From Anaerolineae bacterium (GTDB lineage Bacteria; Chloroflexota; Anaerolineae; B4-G1; DUEL01), in the NCBI GenBank assembly GCA_036172315.1, contig JASFBC010000139.1, positions 1,728 to 65,727 on the forward strand: 64,000 nt of DNA. The letters are read 5' to 3'. Positions 55,460 through 63,747 of this stretch are shown here, piece after piece (within the stretch, counting starts at the first letter, position 1; the number at the start of each line of letters is the position of its first letter). A model generated the notes under the pieces. That model had not been told where the DNA came from and made no database searches. It saw only the letters and a list, made by a program, of their open reading frames with translations. A program made the translations under genes and the position numbers.

Positions 55460-55978
55460 TTACTCCCTTCTCTGCAGGAATTGAGCCAGGGGAGCCAGTC
55501 GGGGGTCCACTCTCTCTTCCGCACAGCGGCAGGGTTCCAGGTTCAGATTTGCCCCACACTCGGGACAGATGCCCTTACAGTCCGGGCGGCACAGGGGCTT
55601 CATCGGTAGGTTGACCCAGATTTGCTCTCGCAGCAGTGGCAGGGGGTCAAACCACCCCTCATCGGTAAGAGTGTACGAAATGCCGGGGCGTGGCCGTCCA
55701 CTCAGACCGATGGTCTCCTCTACCTCCAGGGCGGTGTCGTATGGGAATGGTTCCAGGCACCGGACACATTCTATCTCCACGCGGGTTTCTATCTGGGCTT
55801 CCACCAGGATACCGCCCTGGACGCGAGTGAACTGAATGGAGCCGTGGAGGAAGGCCACCGAGATATCATCCAGGTGCTGAGGGCCTTCATCCAGAGTGAA
55901 GGAGAGGCGCTCGCCCGGACGCGCCCCGATAAGCGGGGAAAGGTCTATCTGAACCATAGAAACACAAAAACCAGGCAC
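55460..55978 (-). CDS. yceD: YceD/DUF177 family protein (23S rRNA accumulation protein)
   Basis: CVRCLEPF and CRPDCKGICPECGANLN motifs. GTG or downstream ATG start. Confidence 0.8.
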   Translation of the reverse strand: MPGFCVSMVQIDLSPLIGARPGERLSFTLDEGPQHLDDISVAFLHGSIQFTRVQGGILVEAQIETRVEIECVRCLEPFPYDTALEVEETIGLSGRPRPGISYTLTDEGWFDPLPLLREQIWVNLPMKPLCRPDCKGICPECGANLNLEPCRCAEERVDPRLAPLAQFLQRRE

Positions 55979-56082
55979 TTCCTCAGGCCCGGGTGGTCTC
56001 AGGAGAACGGATTCGCTGAATCAATCGGGAAAGTGCCCGGTGCTGAATCGTTCAACCGCCTTGTATACTTGGATTCACACAT

Positions 56083-56111
56083 ATTATAACAGAAAAGAAG
56101 GCATTCGTCAA
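56083..56111 (-). promoter_or_regulatory. Candidate sigma-70 promoter TTGACG-17-TATAAT for yceD-sigA
   Basis: Minus strand reads cccTTGACGaatgccttcttttctgtTATAATatg, immediately downstream of repeat element copy C. Confidence 0.5.
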
Positions 56112-56144
56112 GGGTTTTTGGAGCCAATTCTGAGAGATTCTTCA

Positions 56145-56300
56145 AAGCCTGTAACTCTTCAGCCCGATGGGTATCGCCCTCCTGCGCCGATTGGAAGTCG
56201 GCCTCCCTGCCACAAAGACCACAGACCATAGACCACAGACCACGACGGTGGTGGTCGGTGGTCCCTCGTCCATCCGGAAAGGACGACGCAGGCCGTCCAT
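56145..56300 (-). repeat. Dispersed intergenic repeat element, copy C (reverse orientation)
   Basis: The reverse complement reads ..ggacga..ccaccgtcgtggtctgtggtctatggtctgtggtctttgtggcaGGGAGGCCGACTTCCAATCGGCGCAGGAGGGCGATACCCATCGGGCTGAAGAGTTAC, matching copies A/B. Confidence 0.7.
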
Positions 56301-56384
56301 TGGCCGCAGGCCCAGAAAGGCGAACTTTCCGTCAACGCTGGATCGTCACCAAAAGCCCTTGCGAAACATGGCTTCGTGACGGAG

Positions 56385-56413
56385 TTGCCCATTGGGGCAT
56401 TTTCTGGTAATAT
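56385..56413 (+). promoter_or_regulatory. Candidate promoter TTGCCC-17-TAATAT for the ferredoxin gene
   Basis: Positioned ~45 nt upstream of the AAGGAGA SD and ATG. Confidence 0.35.
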
Positions 56414-56456
56414 ACAAGCGCACCAGAACAGTCCTATCTGCGCAAGGAGAACAGCC

Positions 56457-56858
56457 ATGAAAGTCCTGTCCTATAATGCTGAACTCTGCGTTGGCTGCCA
56501 CATCTGCGAGGAGGTCTGCGCGGAGACCTGGTTCAAGACCCCCGATGCGGCGAAGTCCAGCATTGTAATTCGGGATGAGGGGCCGGGTCCTCTGCAGGCT
56601 ACGTTCTGTGTGCAGTGCGGCGAATGCATCGCCGTCTGCCCGACCCAGGCCCTGTATCGGGATAAACAGGGCATCGTCCGATTGCGCAAGCAACTCTGTG
56701 TGGGGTGCCTCTCCTGCGTTGGCTTCTGCCCGTATCTGGCGATGTTTTACCATCCGGACCTACTGGAGCCGTTCAAATGCGTGGCCTGCGGGCAGTGCGT
56801 GAAGGAGTGCCCCGCCGACGCGCTGGCCCTGGTGGAGATGCCTGCTCCCACACCGTAA
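56457..56858 (+). CDS. Ferredoxin with four CxxCxxCxxxC(P) motifs (two 4Fe-4S dicluster domains)
   Basis: CVGCHICEEVC, CVQCGECIAVCP, CVGCLSCVGFCP and CVACGQCVKECP. Start at MKVLSYN. Confidence 0.8.
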   Translation: MKVLSYNAELCVGCHICEEVCAETWFKTPDAAKSSIVIRDEGPGPLQATFCVQCGECIAVCPTQALYRDKQGIVRLRKQLCVGCLSCVGFCPYLAMFYHPDLLEPFKCVACGQCVKECPADALALVEMPAPTP

Positions 56859-56960
56859 GATTGTCTGAAAACCACGAAGGACGCGAAGAGCGCAACGGGA
56901 GTTTGGGGCAACGGCCTCGCCGTCGTTCCAAACTCCCGTTTTTTCTACGCAGGGTATCTT

Positions 56961-59225
56961 TTACTGAACCCGAATCCGGCTCAGGAGCAGGAAATTCTGG
57001 CCGTCCTCCAGCCGGAGACGTTCGCCGGTATCGGGCCGGTAAAGACCGATTTCCACCTCGTAGAAGCCCGGCGGCGTCTCCGGCTTCACCCGCAGCGTAT
57101 AGGTCTCCCGATATACCTCCCCGGCCCGCCACTGAGACGTGGGCGGGGTCGGCGGACGGTCCTCTTGCCCCCAGAGGGTCTGCGGCGGCTCCAGGATGTG
57201 GGTAAAGACGGTGTAATCGTGTTCTGTGGGGCCAAGGGCTCGCCAGTACAGGGCCAACACGACCGTATCGCCGGGCCGCACCCGCCGGGGGGCCAGTTCG
57301 TACCCCACCAGTTCTATCCGGTCGCCGAAACGGTAGGAGACGGGGTTGGGATAGGGGCCCGGCCGGGGCCGAAGCGCTATTTCTCCGAAAGAAACGTAGC
57401 GCTGGCTGTCAGCCTGCCCGGCAACTGGCATCCGCTCCCGGGTCCGCAGGTCGTAGAAGCCCATCATCAGCGAAAGGCGCGCCGGAGCCACAGCGGTCTC
57501 AGGCACCCGCAGGCGGAAGACCTCCGCCCAGCGTTCCCCGGCCCGCAGTTGGGTCGCCCGGACCAGCCCCTGGCGGGGGTAGCGGTCGTCCTGGGCCAGG
57601 ATGATCTCCAGGTCGTCCACCAAGTGGACGAAGAGGCTCCAGTCCCGCGTCGGGGGCCGGAGGGCCTCCAGATAGAGCGTCAGGTCTACAGTCTCCCCTG
57701 GCTCCAGCGAGGATGGACGGAGGTCATACCCCAGCAGGCGGAACTCGTCGCCGAAGGTTGCCTCCATGGGGTTGGGGACCTCCACCGGAACGGGCAGATC
57801 AGGGGGACGGTAGGCGGGGGCGATCCAGAGGGCCGGCGCCAGCAGGGCCAGGGTCCCCAGGAAGACGGCAGGAAGGAACCTCACCCCACCCCCGGCCCTT
57901 CGGGCCACCCCTCTCCCCTCTCCTGAACTTTGTTTAGGAGAGGGGAGAGGGGATAGGGAGGGGGGTGAGGAAAGCACCCGCGCCACCTGCTCCCAACCGA
58001 TCCACAGTCCCAGGGAGATGAGCCCGATGGCGGGGAACATCAGCCGCCCTTGGGAGGCGAGGGTCTGGGAGGTCCAACGCAGGAAGGCCGCGAGGAGCAC
58101 CGTCATATAGCCCAGGAGCCCCAATCCGACGGCCCACCTTTCCCCCCAGGCACGGGTGCGGACCGCGTGGGTCAGCCCCCGGCCCACCCGAGCCAGAAGC
58201 CCCAGGGTTGCCAGAGCGGTCCAGGCGTCCAGCACCCGGTATATCCACACTGGCATCAGGACGTTCATCCCCCCGAAGACGCCCCAGAAAGACCAGCGGA
58301 AGCCCTGGAATTCCCGTAGAAGGTCGGCGGGGGTGGCGGCTCGCCGCCCGACGATGTCCAGCATCACGGAGAGTCCAAAGGGGTCATGGTAGAGGGTCCA
58401 GTTGCGCCAGAACCACCAGCCACAGAGGGCCAGGGCGGTGGAAAACACTGCCAAAAGCGCCAGGCCCTTCTGGGAGGAGCGCGGGGCTTTGACCAGCAGA
58501 ACAACCAGCGCCAGAGGCCAAAGGGTCAGACCGCTCAGTTTGGCCAGCGCGGCCGTCCCGAGCACAACTCCCAGCAAGAGGGCGCGCGGCCAGGAGAATC
58601 CCCGCCGCCAGATGATGGCCAGCAACCAGAGCCCGGCGGCGGTGCCAGCGTTAACCAGGGTATCGTTGTTCACCGACGCAGCGATGAAGAGGAACATCGG
58701 GTTAACGGCAACCAGCAAGCCACTCCCCAGGGCCCAGCCTGGGTGGTCAGGAAAGAGGAGGCGCACCGTGCTCACTGTCGCCAGGACCGTCAGCAGGCCC
58801 AGTGATACCGAGACCAGCCGCCAGAGGTGGAGGGTGAGGATAGTGCCACGCCAGGGGAAGGCTTCGCCGGGGCCATGTAGCGCCTGATTCCGGTTGGCGA
58901 TGCGGGAGGTGTCGCCAGAGGAAGCATGGGGGTTTGGGAGGTAGACGACGTCCAGATCATCCAGGGGAAGGCGGAACAGGTGGGTGAACCCGGCCAGCAG
59001 GGCATAGTAGAGGGGGGGCTGACTGCCTTCCTGTCGCCAGGGCGTCTCCTCCCCGGGGTGCTGCACCGGGAGTCCCTCACCCCGCGTCAGCCGGCCCACC
59101 ATGCCGATGTGCCACCTTTCGTCGGAAGACTCAAAGAGGGGGTTGGCCGCGCTGTACAGGAGAGCCAAGGCCAGGTAGAGGAGCAGGAGAGGCATTCGCT
59201 GAAAAGAGAAGCGCTGATCGGACAT
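56961..59225 (-). CDS. GT-C fold glycosyltransferase (PMT/ArnT-like, GT39/GT83 type) with a C-terminal twice-repeated beta-rich domain. The ORF contains an in-frame copy of the ~90-nt repeat E2 and may be two genes
   Basis: N-terminal ESSDERWH (DE motif in loop 1) and more than 10 TM helices. Residues ~420-450 (SSPPSLSPLPSPKQSSGEGRGVARRAGGGVRF) are the translation of element E2. Downstream are a signal-peptide-like segment and a duplicated F.LLGYDL..G..V.L.LYW domain. Confidence 0.65.
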   Translation of the reverse strand: MSDQRFSFQRMPLLLLYLALALLYSAANPLFESSDERWHIGMVGRLTRGEGLPVQHPGEETPWRQEGSQPPLYYALLAGFTHLFRLPLDDLDVVYLPNPHASSGDTSRIANRNQALHGPGEAFPWRGTILTLHLWRLVSVSLGLLTVLATVSTVRLLFPDHPGWALGSGLLVAVNPMFLFIAASVNNDTLVNAGTAAGLWLLAIIWRRGFSWPRALLLGVVLGTAALAKLSGLTLWPLALVVLLVKAPRSSQKGLALLAVFSTALALCGWWFWRNWTLYHDPFGLSVMLDIVGRRAATPADLLREFQGFRWSFWGVFGGMNVLMPVWIYRVLDAWTALATLGLLARVGRGLTHAVRTRAWGERWAVGLGLLGYMTVLLAAFLRWTSQTLASQGRLMFPAIGLISLGLWIGWEQVARVLSSPPSLSPLPSPKQSSGEGRGVARRAGGGVRFLPAVFLGTLALLAPALWIAPAYRPPDLPVPVEVPNPMEATFGDEFRLLGYDLRPSSLEPGETVDLTLYLEALRPPTRDWSLFVHLVDDLEIILAQDDRYPRQGLVRATQLRAGERWAEVFRLRVPETAVAPARLSLMMGFYDLRTRERMPVAGQADSQRYVSFGEIALRPRPGPYPNPVSYRFGDRIELVGYELAPRRVRPGDTVVLALYWRALGPTEHDYTVFTHILEPPQTLWGQEDRPPTPPTSQWRAGEVYRETYTLRVKPETPPGFYEVEIGLYRPDTGERLRLEDGQNFLLLSRIRVQ
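57879..57970 (-). repeat. Second copy (E2) of the ~90-nt two-hairpin element, located in-frame inside the GT-C ORF
   Basis: ~85% identity to 27242-27332 with compensatory stem changes. Confidence 0.7.
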
Positions 59226-59249
59226 TTTACTTTCAGGCCAGCCGCAAAA

Positions 59250-60410
59250 TCAGCGATTAAAGCGCCCCAAAAACGCCGCACTCCGGCGGGCGATGCGGTC
59301 CCAGGAGAAATCGGCAGCGAGGGCCCGCGCGCCGGCTTCCAGGCGGGCCCGCAGCGCTGGATCACGCCAGACCTGCAGGACCGCTTCTGCCAGCGCGCCC
59401 ACGTCCCGGGGCGGCACCAGCCGCATGTTTTCCCCGTCCCGTACCTCTGGCAGCGGCAGGGCCGGGTGGGTGGTGACGATGGCTCGCCCATGGGCCAGGC
59501 AGGCATGCAGCGTCCCCCGCCGGAAGGAGACCCCGTCCCGGTAGGGGAGGACGCAGAGGTCGGTCGCCAGAAGGCCCGCCGAGACCGCCTGAGGGTCGGT
59601 ATAGCCGGTCCAGTGGACCCGCTCTGTCAGCCTCAATTCAGCAATGAGGCCATCTATGAAAGCGGCGTAGGCCCGGTTGGTGGGGTCGGAGGTGCCCAAC
59701 CGCCCGCCGACCATCAGCAGGTGAGCCGGAACTCCTCGCTCCACCAGCAGAGCCAGCGTCCGGATCAACTCCTCCCCACCCTTGCTCTCGTTAAGGAAGC
59801 CGAAGTAGCCCAGGAGGAGGTCATCGGGGCCCACGCCCCAGCGGGCTCGCTCGGCGGCCCGGTTGTAGCCTGGAGGCGGCTCTGGCGGGATGTTACTCCC
59901 GATGGGGATCAGGGCCAGCCGATCCGGGGGAATTTCCCCCTCCAGCCGGAGGTAGTCCTCCCGGTTGGTGACGATCACGCCGTCGGCGCGGCGGGCCAGC
60001 AGACGGACCGCTTGCCAGCGCAGGGGGCCGGCCTTGGGAAAGAGATACGGCACCCGCAGGTCGTGGAAGGTGACCACCAGCGGCGGGCGTGCCGAGGGCC
60101 GGGGGAGGAAGTGGACCGCCGGGTGCATCCCATACGCGGCGGCCTGGTACTGGAGGTTCTGGACTTCCAGGCGCTCCGCCCGGGCCACCCGCAAGACCTC
60201 CCGCCAGCAGCCCCAGCGCCAGGAGGGGACGACACGATGCACGGCGCAGGGGGCAGGGGGCAAGTCGCGGGGGGCAGGGGAGCGTAGAGGGCCGGTGATG
60301 ATGTGGACGTCGTGGCCCAGCGCGGCCAGCGCTTCCGCCAGCCGGAAGGTGAAATCCCCTACGCCGCCCTGGTCGGGGGGAAATTCGCCGGTCACCAGTC
60401 CGATGCGCAT
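59250..60410 (-). CDS. Glycosyltransferase family 4 (GT-B, glycosyl transferase group 1)
   Basis: MRIGLVTGEFPPDQGGVGDF N-terminus and the C-terminal EX7E-type region. Start at MRIGLV. Confidence 0.85.
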   Translation of the reverse strand: MRIGLVTGEFPPDQGGVGDFTFRLAEALAALGHDVHIITGPLRSPAPRDLPPAPCAVHRVVPSWRWGCWREVLRVARAERLEVQNLQYQAAAYGMHPAVHFLPRPSARPPLVVTFHDLRVPYLFPKAGPLRWQAVRLLARRADGVIVTNREDYLRLEGEIPPDRLALIPIGSNIPPEPPPGYNRAAERARWGVGPDDLLLGYFGFLNESKGGEELIRTLALLVERGVPAHLLMVGGRLGTSDPTNRAYAAFIDGLIAELRLTERVHWTGYTDPQAVSAGLLATDLCVLPYRDGVSFRRGTLHACLAHGRAIVTTHPALPLPEVRDGENMRLVPPRDVGALAEAVLQVWRDPALRARLEAGARALAADFSWDRIARRSAAFLGRFNR

Positions 60411-60495
60411 AGGGTTTGCCCTAAACTCCCACCGGGACACAAAGAGCACTTATCGGGAATAGCGATAAGAGGGGCGGACGTGCACAAAGACAAGG

Positions 60496-60586
60496 AAAAT
60501 CCATATTCATCTGCGTTTCATCTGCGTTTATCTGCGTCCTAAAAATCCATATTCATCTGCGTTTCATCTGCGTTTATCTGCGTCCT
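60496..60586 (-). repeat. Two tandem copies of a 45-bp AT-richer unit, each made of three 11-nt sub-repeats (gene-strand ACGCAGATRAA), in the GT2-GT4 intergenic leader
   Basis: aaaatccatattcatctgcgtttcatctgcgtttatctgcgtcct occurs twice. The 11-nt period suggests iteron or response-regulator-type sites. Confidence 0.7.
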
Positions 60587-61511
60587 ACTTCCGACTGACC
60601 ATCGCCCGCACCACTTGCCGGTAGGCGGCGATGCGCTCCGCCCGCAGGGCCCGCTTGTGGCCCAGAAGCCACTTGCCCCCTTCCAGCCCAATCTGCCAGA
60701 GATAGTTGCCCAGGAGGACCAGCCGCAGGAGCCCCGCCGCGACCGGGCCGTGGTACTTGCGGAAGTAGCGGACCTTGCTGGTCTGGAAGTGGATATGACG
60801 GGCCGGGAGGACCTGTTCGCTGCTCTTGCCCACATGGTGAATCACCCGTGCGGTGGGCAGATAGACGACTCGCCAGCCCGCCTCCCGGAACCTCCGACAC
60901 CAATCCAGTTCTTCCGAGTACATAAAGAAGCCCTCGTCCAGCGGCCCCACCTGTTCTATCGCCTCACCCCGGGCCATCAGCGCCGCGCCGGTCACCCAGT
61001 CCACGTCCTGAATCTCGTCATCCGGGCGGTCCAGGACGTAGTAGCGCGAGAGCAGACGACGGGGAGCGTAGGGCTGGAGCCAGGTGGACTCCAGGAGAGC
61101 CGTCGCCAAGGTGGGGAAGCGGCGGCGGGAGGATTGCACCGTCCCGTCGGGGTTCAGCAGTTGGGGGCCCACGATGCCGACATCGGGATGGGCATCGGCG
61201 AAGGCGACCATCGTCTCCAGAGCGTTGCCTATCACTTCGGTATCCGGGTTCAGCAGGAGGACATAGCGGCCCCGGGCAACGGCGAGTCCCTGGTTGTTGG
61301 CGGCAGGGAAACCCCGGTTATCGGTGTTGGCAATCAGGTGAACTTGAGGGAACTCCGTCCGGACCATCTCCCCGCTCCCGTCGGTGGAGCCATTATCCAC
61401 GACAATGATTTCCAGTGTGCAGGCGGGCGAGTTTGCGAGCAGGGACTGGAGGCAGCGCCGGAGAAGGTCCCGAACATTCCAGTTGACGATAAGAACGGAG
61501 AGGTCAACCAT
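60585..61511 (-). CDS. Glycosyltransferase family 2
   Basis: VLIVNWNVRDLL, VVDNGSTDGS and NRGFPAANNQG, paralogous to 15274-16176. Start at MVDLSV, 8 nt after the polyprenyl synthase stop. Confidence 0.85.
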   Translation of the reverse strand: MVDLSVLIVNWNVRDLLRRCLQSLLANSPACTLEIIVVDNGSTDGSGEMVRTEFPQVHLIANTDNRGFPAANNQGLAVARGRYVLLLNPDTEVIGNALETMVAFADAHPDVGIVGPQLLNPDGTVQSSRRRFPTLATALLESTWLQPYAPRRLLSRYYVLDRPDDEIQDVDWVTGAALMARGEAIEQVGPLDEGFFMYSEELDWCRRFREAGWRVVYLPTARVIHHVGKSSEQVLPARHIHFQTSKVRYFRKYHGPVAAGLLRLVLLGNYLWQIGLEGGKWLLGHKRALRAERIAAYRQVVRAMVSRK

Positions 61512-61521
61512 GAAAGCCAAT

Positions 61522-62487
61522 TCAGAATTGGCGCTGGACGATAAAGTCGGCGAGGTCCAGAAAGGCGGTCTTGTATTCGGAGGACGGGAAGAGTTGCAGG
61601 GCCTCTTTCGCCTCCCGGATGTAATCGCGGGCGACCCGGAGGGAGTGTTCAATGGCCGGAGAGGCCGCGATGGCCCGGACCACTTCCTGCACCGTCGGAT
61701 CGGATGGGCCGTGGGTGAGGATCCGCTGGAGGGCCGGGTGGTCGCCGCCGTGCTCCAGGAAGAGCATCACGGGCAGCGTGACCAGCCCCTGGCGGAGGTC
61801 GCTGCCGACCGGCTTGCCCAGGACCCGCTCGTCGGCGACGAAGTCCAGGACGTCATCCACGACCTGGAAAGCCAGGCCCAACCGCTCACCGTAGGTTCGC
61901 ATAGCGGCGATGGTGGCTTCGTCGGTGTGGGCCAGGATGGCTCCTGACTCCGCTGAGAAGGCAATCAGAGAGGCGGTTTTGGCATAGATGCGTCGCTCGT
62001 ATTCCTGGAAAGTGGGTACTTTTCCCCGTCCGTCAAACATCTGGCGGATTTCGCCGTTGCAGATGACCATCAGGGTTTCGGCGAACCGCCGCACCAGACG
62101 GACGTTCTCCGTCCGGGCAACCAGATAGGCCGCACGGGCGAAGAGGTAATCGCCGGTGAGGACGGTGGCCGCCGGAGACCAGCGGGCATTGAGGGTCTCC
62201 GTCCCCCGGCGCATCAGGGAGCCGTCAATCAGGTCATCGTGGACCAGGGTGGCGGTATGGAGCATCTCCACGCCAGCGGCCGCGAAGAGCGCCGCATCGG
62301 GGTCGGCCCCGCACAGACGGGCCGAGAGGAAGACCAGGGCAGGGCGCAGCCGTTTGCCTCCGCTTCCCAGCAGAAGTTCTACAGCGCCGGCAATCGCAGG
62401 ATGCCGGTCCGGCTCCGATTCTCGCAAGAGGCCCTCGGCCCGCTGAAGGTCGTCCTGGATCGGGTGGAAAAAGGGTAACAGTGTCAC
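61522..62487 (-). CDS. Polyprenyl diphosphate synthase (trans-IPPS, IspA/GGPPS family)
   Basis: First DDxxD (LVHDDLID) and second DDxxD (VVDDVLD) motifs. Confidence 0.88.
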   Translation of the reverse strand: MTLLPFFHPIQDDLQRAEGLLRESEPDRHPAIAGAVELLLGSGGKRLRPALVFLSARLCGADPDAALFAAAGVEMLHTATLVHDDLIDGSLMRRGTETLNARWSPAATVLTGDYLFARAAYLVARTENVRLVRRFAETLMVICNGEIRQMFDGRGKVPTFQEYERRIYAKTASLIAFSAESGAILAHTDEATIAAMRTYGERLGLAFQVVDDVLDFVADERVLGKPVGSDLRQGLVTLPVMLFLEHGGDHPALQRILTHGPSDPTVQEVVRAIAASPAIEHSLRVARDYIREAKEALQLFPSSEYKTAFLDLADFIVQRQF

Positions 62488-62578
62488 CGACGGTCTCCGG
62501 AAGGGGATGCTGGGCAGCGTCCGGCGGGAAGTCCCGGCCGTTCATCATCCCCCATTATGCCATTTTCTGACGACTCCG

Positions 62579-63316
62579 TCAAGCGGGCCTGCGGCGGTCA
62601 TAAATCCCTGCTCGCCCGTTGCGGCGGATGCGGATGACTTCCCAGAACATATTCCAGGAATCCCGCAGGGGGCTGACCCGGCTTCCTTCGCCATAGTACC
62701 AGTCAATCGGCACCTCTACGATGCGGTAGCCGCGCCGCCGGGCGATGTAGAGCACCTCCACGTCAAACGCCCAGCCGTTCAGTACCTGCACCGAGAAGAG
62801 GTCGCGCGCCACTTCCCGGCGGAAACATTTGAAGCCGCACTGGGTGTCCTGGATGCCCGGCACCGCCAGCAGGCGCACAAAGGCGTTGAAGGCGCGGCCC
62901 ATCAGATGGCGATACTGGGGTTCGTTGAACCGACGCGCGCCCGGGGCTTCGCGGGAGGCGATGGCGACGTCGTAGTCGGAGAGGGCCGGGGGAAGGAAAC
63001 GGGAGACCTGCTCAATGGGCATCGCCAGATCGGCATCGCAGATGAACAGGTACTCCCCCCGTCCGGCCCGCATCCCCTTTCGGACCGCCGCGCCTTTCCC
63101 CCGGACGGGCTGGTAGAGGAGGGAGACGATGGGGTGCTCGGCCGCGACTTCCCGGACGACCTCCGCCGTCCGGTCGGTGCTGGCGTTATCCACCACCAGT
63201 ACTTCCACCGGATAGGCCTGCGCTTTGGCGAAGGCGACGACCTGGGGGAGGGTCATCGGCAGGCGATGCTCCTCGTTGTAGGCCGGAATGATGATGGTCA
63301 GCAACGGTTCGGTCAT
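62579..63316 (-). CDS. Polyprenol-phosphate glycosyltransferase, DPM1-like GT2 (dolichyl-phosphate mannose synthase family)
   Basis: LTIIIPAYNEE, VVDNASTDRT and a DAD motif. 245 aa. Confidence 0.85.
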   Translation of the reverse strand: MTEPLLTIIIPAYNEEHRLPMTLPQVVAFAKAQAYPVEVLVVDNASTDRTAEVVREVAAEHPIVSLLYQPVRGKGAAVRKGMRAGRGEYLFICDADLAMPIEQVSRFLPPALSDYDVAIASREAPGARRFNEPQYRHLMGRAFNAFVRLLAVPGIQDTQCGFKCFRREVARDLFSVQVLNGWAFDVEVLYIARRRGYRIVEVPIDWYYGEGSRVSPLRDSWNMFWEVIRIRRNGRAGIYDRRRPA

Positions 63317-63747
63317 TCCGGCCCCCCCACTCCGGCGACGACGGCCCGGATGGCCGCCCGGTCGGGCAGGCCGGCCCGGACGTAGGCCGCCTGTCCTTTC
63401 CCGTCAAAGACGATAAAGGTGGGGACGGCGCCCACACCGTACTCCTGGGCCAGCATCAGCCCTGTCCGGCTCATCACGTTGATCCGCAGCACCTTTGCGC
63501 TACCATCCAGTTCCTGTTCTAACCTGTCCACGACAGGTTTAGCCATCAGGCAGGCGCTTCAGGTGTTGGAGAAGAATTCCACCACGACGGGCCGTCCGCT
63601 GCGAATCTCCTGCTGAAAGGCCTCCACGGAGAGGTCATCGCCCGGGGTACGCAGGAAGAGCCAGCCCCCCGCCAGCAGGCCGAGTACCAGCAGAAGAGCC
63701 CAGTTCTGTCGGAGCAGGTCGTAGAGCATATATCCAATGCCGTTCAC
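63313..63747 (-). CDS. Membrane-anchored thioredoxin-fold protein with an in-frame UGA at the first redox-Cys position (candidate UxxC selenoprotein)
   Basis: GTG start with an AAGGAG SD (GTGA overlap with the upstream stop), then a TM helix NWALLLVLGLLAGGWLFL, then a Trx fold: VVVEFFSNT-[TGA]-SACLMAKPVVDRL...AVPTFIVFDGKG. A hairpin GCUAAaCCUGUC-GUG-GACAGGUUAG follows the UGA, 21 nt downstream. If the UGA is a stop, the product is a 62-aa fragment. Confidence 0.55.

Noticed and set aside
60496-60586. Possible CRISPR array (tandem repeats with a short period)
   Set aside because: Only two adjacent 45-bp units with no unique spacers between them and internal 11-nt sub-repeats. No cas genes. 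Likewise the GGACGAC/GTCTGTGGTC blocks (4550-4650, 47880-47990, 56200-56260) are imperfect self-complementary low-complexity repeats, not repeat-spacer arrays.
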